A program made the position numbers and the translations under genes. A DNA stretch of 64,000 nucleotides from Psammoneis japonica (Eukaryota): assembly GCA_008632985.1 (NCBI GenBank), contig QPGO01000139.1:124001-188000 (forward strand). Direction: 5' to 3'. Every line of letters begins with the position of its first letter. Position 1 is the stretch's first letter. Of this stretch, positions 19,633 to 30,500 are shown piece by piece. The notes under the pieces were generated by a model. The model saw only the letters and a list, made by a program, of their open reading frames with translations, was not told the DNA's origin and did no database searches.

Positions 19633-19949
19633 GGCAGCATGTTCTTGTGGTGGCAATTCAATTGGTTCACTTGTTAGAGCAGTGACAACAACAACAACCT
19701 GTGACTTCTGTCTTCTGGTGCACCACAACAACAGTTCATCATGAACCAAAAGAAGAAGTCTCCCGTTGAAACAAGAATCAACATGGCAACAATGAGGACA
19801 CTGCAACGGAACATCTCCGTGATGATTTTGTTGATGACAAAAAGGGTGTTGCAATCAACAAAGATGACAACAACAAACCTCTCAACAACCAAAACAACAC
19901 AGTTGTTGTCAACATGATTGGTGTTGGCTCCAACACTTGACCCCACTTC

Positions 19950-21085
19950 CAGGATGTGCCCTGATGCACATTTGCACGACATTGGTCAGTGCGGCACTTT
20001 TGGTGAGCTGCCGAAGAGCAAGATGTTGATGCCACTTGCCCTCAAACCTTGACCGTGTCTGATGTGCAAGCCATTGCACAAATGTGTCACACCACACATC
20101 CCAAACTGCCCACACTGTCACACACTTTGCGTCGCATGATTTTTGTTGAAACAACAACAAGCCAATCCACCCGGTTGGTTGTGTGCACAGAAACGCCCTC
20201 TTGATGCCTTGCATCAATCAAGTGATGGAATGTTGCAAACAAAACAAGGATGCTCAGTTGCCTGACTGTTTGTTCCTCATGGACGATGATTCATGGTTTC
20301 ACATGGATGAGGTCTTGGACACGTTGCATGAGCAGTTGCCCAATGGAGCAGCACAGGTGGTGGTGGGGTGTTTGATTCAATCTCAATGCAATCTACACTT
20401 GAACTTGCATTGGGGAGGATTTGGAGTCATTCTGACCAAGGGAGCTGTGGCGCGATTGATGCAGCCGATTGAGTGTTCTGCAACTGCTGCTCTCCAAGTT
20501 GACAAGGACAACAATCAGGAATTTGTGCAACATGTGTGTCAACAATTGGAACAAGACCTGGTGGGTGAAAAGAGATTCTTTTGACCAGGCATGTCCATCA
20601 TGAACTTGATTCACGAGTGCAGTTCACAACAACCACACACCCAGCACCAGAAATGGGATCCTGCAGTGGGGCATTGCATGCATTCTGACATGGCGCTGGC
20701 CTGCTTTTTCAACTTTTGTTGCATTGCCAAGGCTTCTCAATTCATTGCAGATGGAGCCACGAGCCATCCTCTGTGGTTGGATGCCAAAGATGTGGCCGCC
20801 ACCACCAAGGAGGCAAAGGATGCCACTGCTGCTGCTCAGATGCTGCCCCACTGTGATCGCGTTCGAGCTTGCAATGAAACGTCAGTGCACTGGACCAAAA
20901 AGTGGAGCGGCAAAGTTTGCAAGTCCAGTGGTCATTGTTTGCACAAGATGCCACAGACCTGCACGACCGAGTTGCATTTGTGTCACTGGAGTCCATCCCA
21001 AAACAAGACCTGGCACAAATTGAGACCCGCCGTGGGTCGCAGTGCAAAAGGCGCACAGAATTTTCTTTTGGTCGAAAAAATTTGA
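19950..21085 (+). pseudogene. Fringe-like (GT31-type) glycosyltransferase pseudogene
   Basis: Fragments GWLCAQKRP, LPDCLFLMDDDSW (DDD motif), WGGFGVILTKGA and GHCMHSD, with frameshifts and a TGA stop. Tyr-free and TpA-depleted. Confidence 0.6.
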
Positions 21086-22259
21086 AAGGCATCGCGTTCG
21101 AAAGAGCGCAACAAGAGCAGTCAATTGCTGCCCTTTTAACCCTCAGAATCTTGGCCCTTGCGTGGTGCGGTCTAATCTCCAGTGCTCAAATCATGCACAT
21201 TTCTGCATGGGTCTTAAATCACGACCTTTGCATCAGCCTTGGCTTGTCAGACATTTTGGTTCACATGCTGAAACTCATCAACTGTTTGGATTTGAAAAAA
21301 AGCAAAGATTTTTTTATGACAAATTCAATGTGTTCTTTCATGTTCAGGCGTGCAATTCCAAAATGCGCAAACATTGTGGTGTCCACATGGGTGCAGATCT
21401 TGGGTGGGTCTCAATGTGTGATGGACTCCATGTTCCCAAATCGCACTTGCTGCAGTTGTTTGATGAGATCAATGTGGCCGTGTCACAACATCATCAGGCA
21501 AAGCACAAAGCAGAAGCACCGTGGTGATGAAGGAAGGTGGCATCTTGTTGTTTTGTTTTGCGGGTCTTTGTGGCAAAGGTGGAACAAAGACAAAGAAGAC
21601 ACAGCAAGACCAACAGAGGAGGTAAGATGAGTTGCCACCATGCAATGGCTCAAGCTCTGTGTCATGTCGAAAATGACACAGGAGCAGAATGAACATCATC
21701 ATGGGTTGTGGCAAAACAAGGGATGCACCAGACAGGAGCAGCTGCTGGAGTGTGCGTTCCTCTCCTCTGTCACTGACAAACATTCTGGATCCGGTGGCTC
21801 TCTCAAAAACAAAAAAAAATAGATGCATTTTGTCAAGCTGTTCACTGCAAACCACACAGTTGGAGAGAAGCACATTTTGTCATTCGATGCAATGGGGAGT
21901 CAACTGCACAACAGAGACCTTTTTTTGCAGACTACTGATGGACCATCGTGATGGTGCCAACTTGCACTCTTCAGACCGCAGAAGCCACAAAACATCAGAA
22001 TCAGCCACAATGACAATGACACCCCGGCTCACACTGCTGACCTCACCATGTCATTTTTTCATGATTTGCACACTGTCGAGGAAGCATCTGAGTTCCTTGA
22101 TGTCTCTGCAGCGGCCTCACATGTTGTGGAGCTGCTTGAGGGGGAAAGATGCTCCACCTCTGGATGCAACTGCCCTGCCATGCACCGCAACAAATCAAGA
22201 GAGGACCTGGGTCCAGCCACTTTTGGGTTCTTCACTGTCAAGGCTGGTTTTCCCAAAAG

Positions 22260-24200
22260 CTGATCAAGAAAGCAATTGTCAAGGGTGGGATCTCCATGGG
22301 TCTCAACATCTCTGTGATGAAAAAGTTGGTGACAAACAGAGTTGCTGTTGTTGCAAACGACAGCTGCTTGAAGATTGGCTGCTCTGCAACAAACATGCGG
22401 ATGCCTCGAAACAAGGAAATTTGGACCAAGATTGCAAATGCTGTGGGCAGTGACCTCTTGGATGCGGTCAAGGACAAGCTTCAAAATGAGCCTCATGTGG
22501 GACTGTGGCTGGCCCCTTGGCATTTTAAACCAGAAGAAAGGGCACACAATCCCAACACACAAAAGAGTGGATGATGAACAAGGCAGATGCTAAGAAGAAG
22601 TGTTGTGATGGTGACCGCTTTGTGTGGACTGGTTTTCCACCACCAAACTGCCTGCCTTCAAACTTCATTGCATGTGAACTGTCTGATCCTTCTTGGGAAT
22701 GACCAAGCAACTGTTGGAAATGGAGGAATGTGGCACCAGTGCAAGGTTCAGGCTTGCCATTGTGGGTTGCGGTGCACCGTTTGGTTGAACCACAAAGTGT
22801 TGGTGATCCCCAAACTCCCCTTGTGCATGTTGCATTGACAAAAACTCAAGTTGTTGCAAAGAAAATGACTTGGGATGGCTGTGTTGAAAACAGAAGAGTC
22901 AGAGAAGAAGGAAGAGGTAATTGCAAATCTTCACAGTGCCCTTGCACTTGCAAACCACAACAAGAAGGAGATGGAAAACACTGCAAAACAACTTCAGAAC
23001 AAACTGGAGTCATGTGAATTGGAGCTCAGCAAGTCCAAAGGGAAAATGCTTGAGTTGGAAAACAAGCTGGTGGTTCTTCATGGTTTGAATGATGATCGTC
23101 ATTTGACTTGTGATGACCTTGCACCAGGCAGTTGGCTGTCAAAGGCTGTGAGGACGCACACGCATTTTCCAAACTGTGAGGCAAATGAGGCCTTCCCACA
23201 AGTTCTGAATTGGGATGATGACACAGAGGGAGGTGGTTGCAACCTTGGTGATGGATTGTGTGTTGGATTTTGTCATCACAGCAGGGTTTCCACTGAAGAA
23301 CGACTCGGAGAAGTCAACGCAAGTGACCAGGAGTTTCCAACAAAACCTGAAGCAAGATCAAAAAACTGAAAGACTGAACACTTGATCTGTTCCATGCATG
23401 CAAAACTTGGAATCTCGTGTGAATTGATTGAGCCTTTGTTTGCCATCTCACCCAGTGTCATTGGCAATGTGGTGCACGCGTGGGCTCCTGTCTTCTTGAA
23501 TTGCTCTCTCTCTCTTGCTGTGGTTTCCCACCCCAACCAGATCACAAATGCTTCAGGCTTTCCCTGATTGATTTGTGTGGGCTTGTGGACATGCCCTTGT
23601 CTTCTTGCTTCTCGACGCAACAGAGCATTGGACGCAGACTGTGACTGGGAGTGATGCTCACTCAAGCATGCACAGTGACTGCAAGGTCATGATGCAACAA
23701 AAATGCTTGCGGACACAGATCCCATTGACTGTGCTCACAATGGATTGGCTGTGGAAGATGGGCACCCGGGTTCAATTTTAGATCCTGTTGCAACAAAGAT
23801 GAGCAAACTTTTGGACAATGTGCCATTCGGTCACACAACTTTAGACAACAAAGGACTCATGATCAACAGTTTTACAGTGCGGAAGGGAGTGGGGACCCAA
23901 CGACCTCCAAAAAAGATAAAGCTGCAGGTGAAGCAGTCAGAAGCGGTGGACACAGCTGCCATGCAAAAAGTTGGGAATCTTTGAATCTTCAACGAGATGG
24001 TGAACAGAGTGGCAAAGATGTCAACGCATTGTTTTGATTTGCCGGTGCCAATCCTCCAGCTTGGTCTTGCACCTTTGATGTTTCGAGTTGCATGTCTGAT
24101 GCAGAACTTTCATCCAGCATTGGTTCATGGGCAGACATCATCATTCGTTGATGAAAATGGCAAGGTTGCTCCAGTCAAGAAATTGACCACGCCGCGGTGA
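22260..24200 (+). pseudogene. ISL2EU/Harbinger-type DDE transposase (DDE_Tnp_4-like) with a possible N-terminal THAP-like domain, degenerate
   Basis: LLLDATE, HSDCK-GH, HPGSILD, NKGLMI, RPPKK, KVGNL*IFNEMVN..K and LMQNFHPALV follow the DDE_Tnp_4 motif order. There is an upstream coiled coil and an RMPRN..W...APWHF THAP-like segment. Confidence 0.7.
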
Positions 24201-24429
24201 GTTCCGATGGCATGGTGGGACAGATGAAGGTTTGTTGAACTGCAGAGGGCACATTCATCTTTGGGGTGGCATTGAAGAAGTTGAACAATTCACTTGTCTG
24301 AAAGAGGGGCATCCAGATGAGAGCCTTGTCAAAATGGGCAAGATGGCGTTGCAAGAGAAATGGGACAAAAAGCTGTGAGCTGGGCACACAAAGCATGCAG
24401 TGGGCAAGCCATGAACCATTGTTGTGACA

Positions 24430-24650
24430 GTTGGTGCAAATGCTGTTGACACAGCCACCCAATCAAATGCTGTCATCACAAGAGCATTGTTGCAACAGCC
24501 AACACAAATGCTGTTGATGCAGCCACCCAGTTGACGCAAATGCTGTCAACACAGCTGCCCAAACAAAAGCTGTCATTGCAAGAGCATCATTGTAACAGCA
24601 CTGTCAATGCAACTGCCCAAATGAATGCCATCATTGCAAGAGCAAATGAA
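24430..24650. repeat. Degenerate short tandem repeats (CAAATGCTGT(T/C)GACACAGCCACCC-like) between the two convergent transposon ORFs
   Basis: CAAATGCTGT-like units recur near 24437, 24464, 24505, 24537 and 24564. Confidence 0.6.
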
Positions 24651-24889
24651 AATTCTATTTTTGCAACATGGCCAATGTCATTGCAAACAAAATTACAACA
24701 GCCAGTTGCAACATGCAATGAACAGACCACTCCAGGACTCCTGCAATGTTTTGAAGAGATTTTTGATTGTGGCATGATCACCACAAAAGCAAGCTTCATC
24801 TGGCATTTTCTTGCATTTCGCCATGGTTCCATGAATCTCGCAGTTGGCTCCGACACCCTTTTGGACATTTCAGAAGGCATCTGAATCAT

Positions 24890-26995
24890 GTTTCATTGAA
24901 ACTTTCTTCTCTCCTTCCTCTGTGGTCCTTGGTGCTCGTGCAATCTGCATCTGTGAAACGCAAGTTGTTGCTCCAGTTTGAGGTTGGCTTGAAGATGGTT
25001 GGAGTCACATGCAAAGCCAGTCGTTGATGGCTTCTCTGCAAGCCGGTCTTCCCCCCAATGAAAGCACTGCAACCACATTGTCCTGGCTTTGTGACTGCAA
25101 CAGCCCAGTCCTGCAGTGCATGGGCCCACACAGAGTGATGCAACAATGCCTGTCATTCAACCAAGGTTGTGTTTGTCCTTGTCAAATGAAGTCTCCTCCA
25201 CTCGCAGCACAAGCAATGTCAGATGCAGCCACTGATGAGCATGTTCTCCAGGATCTGTCTTTCATTTGGTGCTGGAATCAGTGGTCATGGATGCTGGTTG
25301 TTTGGCCAAGACATGCAGCAGCTTTCTGTCCTCCAAGAAACAGATTGCATGACAATGCAGCTGTTTCTCCTCACACACATGCTGCAATGACCCCCCAACA
25401 CTTTTCTGATTTCATGTTTCCACCAATGTGAGCAAAGCATTGATGTGTTGTAAACTCAGGCAGTTCAGGGCTTTCAATGCAATTTTTGTCAAAGTCGTCA
25501 CTGAATTTTCCTCCAACAAACAAGTCACAGCAATCCTCAAGGTGTTTCTCAATGTGGCAGCTCCGTGGATCCAAAATGAACGGGTGGCTCAATTGATTGT
25601 CAAAGATTTGGAGAATGAATTCTTTGCTGTTGTCGCATTTGGTCTCAATTTTTTGAATGATCCACTGGTCTTCTTGTCTTGATTGCATGCATGTGACAGC
25701 TGGGGAATGCAAGAGCATGGGTTTTGGAAGCCTCCCACCAGCCGCTTCATTTCTTCACATGACATCGTGGATCCCATGTCATTTGCAGCACATTTCCACC
25801 ATGTGCACTCAAGCAGTCTTTCAATTCTGCAGCACTGCAATCTTCCACTCCCTTGTTCTTTGGCAGCAAGAAACTGGCTGTGTCATTGATCTCCTCTCTT
25901 GAACAATGCAGCAGCTGCAATGCACTCATTGCCTCAAGTGCTCCTCTCTCCTGCTTCGAAAATTTCTCGCACGTTCGTGGATCAATTGGTCCACACGAAT
26001 GCTGTCTTGTGCTTTCATTGGACAGCTCAATGATTTTGCCAGACTGCACAATGTTGCTGTTGCTGTTGCAATGACAACACTCTTCACAACACTTGACAAT
26101 GTCTCGAACATGCGTTTTGTGCGTTCCACAGCATGCAAGACCTCGTGGACATTTTTGTTGAGTTTGGAGTCAAGATGGAAAGCAAAGCTTGACACCAGTG
26201 ATTCAAGTGTCACATCTGGACAATTGATCATTGCACGGAATGTGTTGGTTGCCATTTTCTTCCCGGCACTGTGCACTCCACTTTTGTCTGGTGCACAATC
26301 ACATCCAAAACAAGCTCCACAAATCTGGAACACAATGCAGCCAAATTTCTTGAAAGAGTGCCAAAGGATCCAACAAGGATTGTTGGCTTCAAGCTCCAGA
26401 CTGTCTGGAATTGATGCAAGATTGAAGCATCAAAACTCCTCTCTTGAATGGCTGTCAACTGCCATGACACACTAGTGCCCAAGCATGAGGAGATCGCTGT
26501 CTCTGGTGATTGCAGCACACGGACGACTGTCATCGTCATTGTTGGTGCCAGTGAGGTGGCGTTGGCAATCTGCCTTTCCATGGGCAATGGTGGAATCAAT
26601 GCCAAGCTTGTTGCACACCCTCCTCATCACAGCTGTGAACAATGGGCCCACTTGACTGCTTGCGGCATTGCCTTGTTCAGCAGCTTCTCGGCGGAGGGCA
26701 TCGAGAGACGCTCATGTTCATCATGGCGTTTGTCAGCCAAGTTTTGACCATCAAAGACCACAAACATGTTCCACCAGCATGTGCATCACAAGTGACAAAT
26801 CTCACAAGCAAAATGTTGGAGCAGAATGGAGCAATCAACATTCTGGCTGGCACTGGATGTGCAAGACACAGTGCAGCTTCGAAGAAGGCCTGCCACATCA
26901 AACGAAACACGGTGTTTCCCAAAATTCAGATGGCGAAACGTCTTTGGCCTGTTTGGGGTTAAAGGCACCAGTGGTGGAAGTCCATAGATTCCCAT
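24890..26995 (-). pseudogene. EXO1/XPG-family 5' nuclease with C-terminal SWIM-like zinc finger, degenerate (probable second ORF of the transposon)
   Basis: MGIYGLPPLV start, VSFDVAGLL, FVVFDGQN (~26745), GIDSTIAHGKADCQ, AAITRDSDLLMLG, GCDC..GVHSAGKKMA (H3TH-like), and CVGPCTAGLGCCSH (SWIM-like, ~25090-25135). Confidence 0.75.
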
Positions 26996-27566
26996 GGGGT
27001 TGATCAGAGAACATCAGCACTTTGGCGAGCACACCTTGACGATGATGTGCGACGAGTGTTGAAAAGTTGAGATGAGAAATCCAGAAAAAAGCCAGCGCCG
27101 TCGATCACAAACAGCTGTTTTTGTCTGCCTGTCTTCCACCAAAAAAGGTCCATCTCCACTCTGGCCACCAGCTAGACCAGCAGCTAGAGCCACTCCACTA
27201 GCTAGCTAGAGTAGAGCCTGTCTATCTACTTCTGTCGACTGCAGCATCTGTGCCATCTCCACCGGTGTCCCCCGTCTATCACGGTAATGTGGTCTACGTA
27301 CAGTAAATAAACTTGGGTACGAAGAGAGGTCTGGCACAAAACGTGAGAAAGTGATGACGTGTTTGATGAGAACTCAAAATAAAAATCGCAGAGAAACACA
27401 AAGAAGAAAAAAGCGCGAAAATCGCCAAAACATCGCTGGTTGTTCCCTCCTAGCTACACATGACGAGGAACGAGTATTCCTCCAGTAACAACGCTGCGCA
27501 AAGAATCCAAATACATTGATGGTCTTGAGCAAGGCCCTATAATATTGATCCTATCCTCAGTGCGGT

Positions 27567-30500
27567 ATGCCTTCCCCTTCATCGATAATTGATTCGCTGT
27601 TTCCTACCCGAGATGGGAAAATCAGTTGTCCGTGTTCGTCGGTTCAATTCCATACAAGCGTCCCTGGCACCAGCTATGCTTTGATGGAACAGACAACAGC
27701 GCACTGTCACTGTAAAGATTGTCTTGGATTTGCTCGATCCTGTAAAAATGGGGAAGTTGTCATTGTAAACAACGCTACTCAATTTGTGCAGTTTTACAAA
27801 TCAGACATCAAGGCTATCAAGCCGACTAACGAGAATATTGGGCGAGTCAGGCTCCGCGAGGATTCTATCATGATTCGCTGTTATTGCAAAATTTGCGGGA
27901 CACCGATTGGAGCAGAAGTAGATGGAGCACCAGTCATGCTTGTCTATGCGCAATTGATTAAGTCGGGGACAGTTCACATATCCAATCTGATCCTGAACTT
28001 CAGAGATGCGGAACCTGGTACAAGAGACTACTCGAGGAGAGTCGTTGTTCGCAAAGGCATGTTTTGCCCTCTCTTTTTCGTTCGCCTCGTTATAAGGATC
28101 ATTATTGGTTTCCTATTCGGCAAGGGCAACGGTGGTTTTTTGAACGGCCAGTACGAAGATATTCCCGTTGGTTTGAAAAGCGTCGAAGAGAACAAGATTG
28201 ATTTGACGAAGAAGAGCGAAATGAACACCACAGAAGACACAATCATGTCCTTCGAAGAGACTGTGTCTGACGATGATTTTGTTTCAAAAGAGAAATCCGT
28301 GGAGAGGAAAGTTCTTGACGATGAGTCGACTATAGAGGATGAAGAAACGGCGAATGACTCGAAAGTTGCGGATGAGATAAACTCGATAGCTAGTGACAGG
28401 GAAGATGCGTCAGAAGCTTCCAAAGTCGAGGGTGTCGACGATATCGAGGATGCGAAAGATGCAGTCAAGTCATTTACGGCTGAGAGGTCCGTAGTGGAGG
28501 ATACGGAAAAGGACTCGGGAGACGATGCCAACTCCGAAGAAGTCACAGATGCGACAGAGAAAACAGAGACGTCTGATGATGATTTCGTTCTAAAAGATAA
28601 TACCGTAGACAGGAAATTGCTTGACGATGAATCGACGTTGGAGGATGAAGAGACGACGAATGACTCGAAAGTTGCGGATGAGATAAATTCGATAGCTGGT
28701 GACAGCGAAGATGTGTCAGAAGCTTCCAAAGTCGATGGTGTCGAGGATGCGAAAGAAAAAGTCCTGTCATTAGCGGCTGAGAGGTCGATAGTGGAGGATA
28801 TGGAAAAGGTCTCGGGAGACGATACCCACTCCGAAGAAGTTACAGATATGACAGAGAAAACAGAGACGTCTGACGATGATTTCGTTCTACAAGAAAATGA
28901 GGACGATGAGTCGACTTTGGAGGATGAAGAGACGACGAATGACTCGAACGTTGCGGAGGAGATATCGATAGCGGGTGACAGCGAAGATGCGTCAGAAGCT
29001 TCCGAAGTCGAGGGTGTCGAGGATGCGAAAGATACAGTCACGTCATTAGCGGCTGAGAGGTCGATAGTGGAGGATATGGAAAAGGACTCGGGAGACCATG
29101 TCAATTGCGAAGAAGTCACAGATGTGACAGAGAAAACAGAGACGTCTGACGATGATTTCGTTCTAAGAGACAATACCGTAGAGAGGAAAATACTTGACGA
29201 TGAATCGACTTTGAAGGATGAAGAAATGACGAATGACTCGAAAGTTGCGGAGGAGATAAATTCGATAGCGGGTGACAGCGAAGATGCGTCAGAAGCTTCC
29301 GAAGTCGAAGGTGTCGAGGATGCGAAAGATACAGTCAAGTCATTCACAGCTGAGAGGTCGCTAGTTGAGAATATGGAAAAGGACTCGGAAGACGATGCCA
29401 ACTCCGAAGAAGTCACGGATGCGACAGAGAAAATAGAGACGTCTGACGATGGTTTCGTTCTGAAAGATAATACCGTAGAGAGGAAAATACTTGATGATGA
29501 GTCGACTTTGGAGGATGAAGAGACGACGAATGACTCGAAATTTGCGGAGGAGATAAATCCGATAGCTGGTGGCAGCGAAGATGCGTCAGAAGCTTCCGAA
29601 TTCGAGGATGCGAAAGATACAGTCACGTCATTAGCGGCTGAGAGGTCGATAGTGGAGGATATAGAAAAGGACACGGGAGACAATGCCAACTCCGAAGAAG
29701 TCACAGATGCGACAGAGAAAACAGAGACGTCCGATGATGGTTTCGTTCTAAAAGATAATACCGTAGAGAGGAAAATACTTGACGATGAGTCGACTTTGGA
29801 GGATGAAGAGACGACGAATGACTCGAAAGTTGCGGAGGAGATGAATTCGATAACTGGTGACAGCGAAGATGCGTCAGAAGCTTCCAAAGTCGAGGGTGTC
29901 GAGGAGGTCGAGGATGCGAAAGATACAGTCACGTCATTAACGGCTGAGAGGTCGCTAGTTGAGAATATGGAAAAGGACTCGGTAGACGATGCCAACTCCG
30001 AAGAAGTCACAGATGTGACAGAGAAAACAGAGACGTCTGACGATGATTTCTTTTCAAAAGAGAATTCCGTAGAGAGGAAAATACTTGACGATGAGTCGAC
30101 TTTGGAGGATGAAGAAACGACGAATGACTCGAAAGTTGGGGAGGAGATAAATTCGATAGCTGGTGACTGCGAAGATGCGTCAGTTTGGAAGGGTGTCGAG
30201 CATGTCGAGGATGCGAAAGATGCAGTCACGTCATTAACGGCTGAGAGGTCGGTAGTGGAGGATATGGAAAAGGACTCGGGAGGCGATGCCAACTCCGAAG
30301 GAGTCACAGATGTGACAGAGAAAACAGAGACATCTGACGATGATTTTGTTTCAAAAGAGAAAGTCCTGGCAGATGAGATAGTAGGTAACGCGGGGTCGTT
30401 GAAGGATTATGAAGAAGCGATTAATAACTCGATTGGCTTGGAGGAGATCAAGTCGACATCTAGCAGAAACGAAGATGCTGCGGCTGCACCTGCTAGTTCC

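Noticed and set aside
12900..27100. Dozens of overlapping Cys/His-rich ORFs in all six frames, suggesting novel metal-binding proteins
   Set aside because: A by-product of TpA loss: TAA/TAG stops and Tyr codons vanish, which lengthens spurious ORFs and inflates Cys/His.
21890..27170. Terminal inverted repeats for the ISL2EU-like element (GACCTTTTTT at ~21916 versus AAAAAAGGTC at ~27141)
   Set aside because: The match is only ~10 bp and low complexity, and no TSD could be identified.
28028..30307. 759-aa Ser-rich antisense ORF
   Set aside because: Mirror of the repetitive acidic sense ORF, with no independent evidence.
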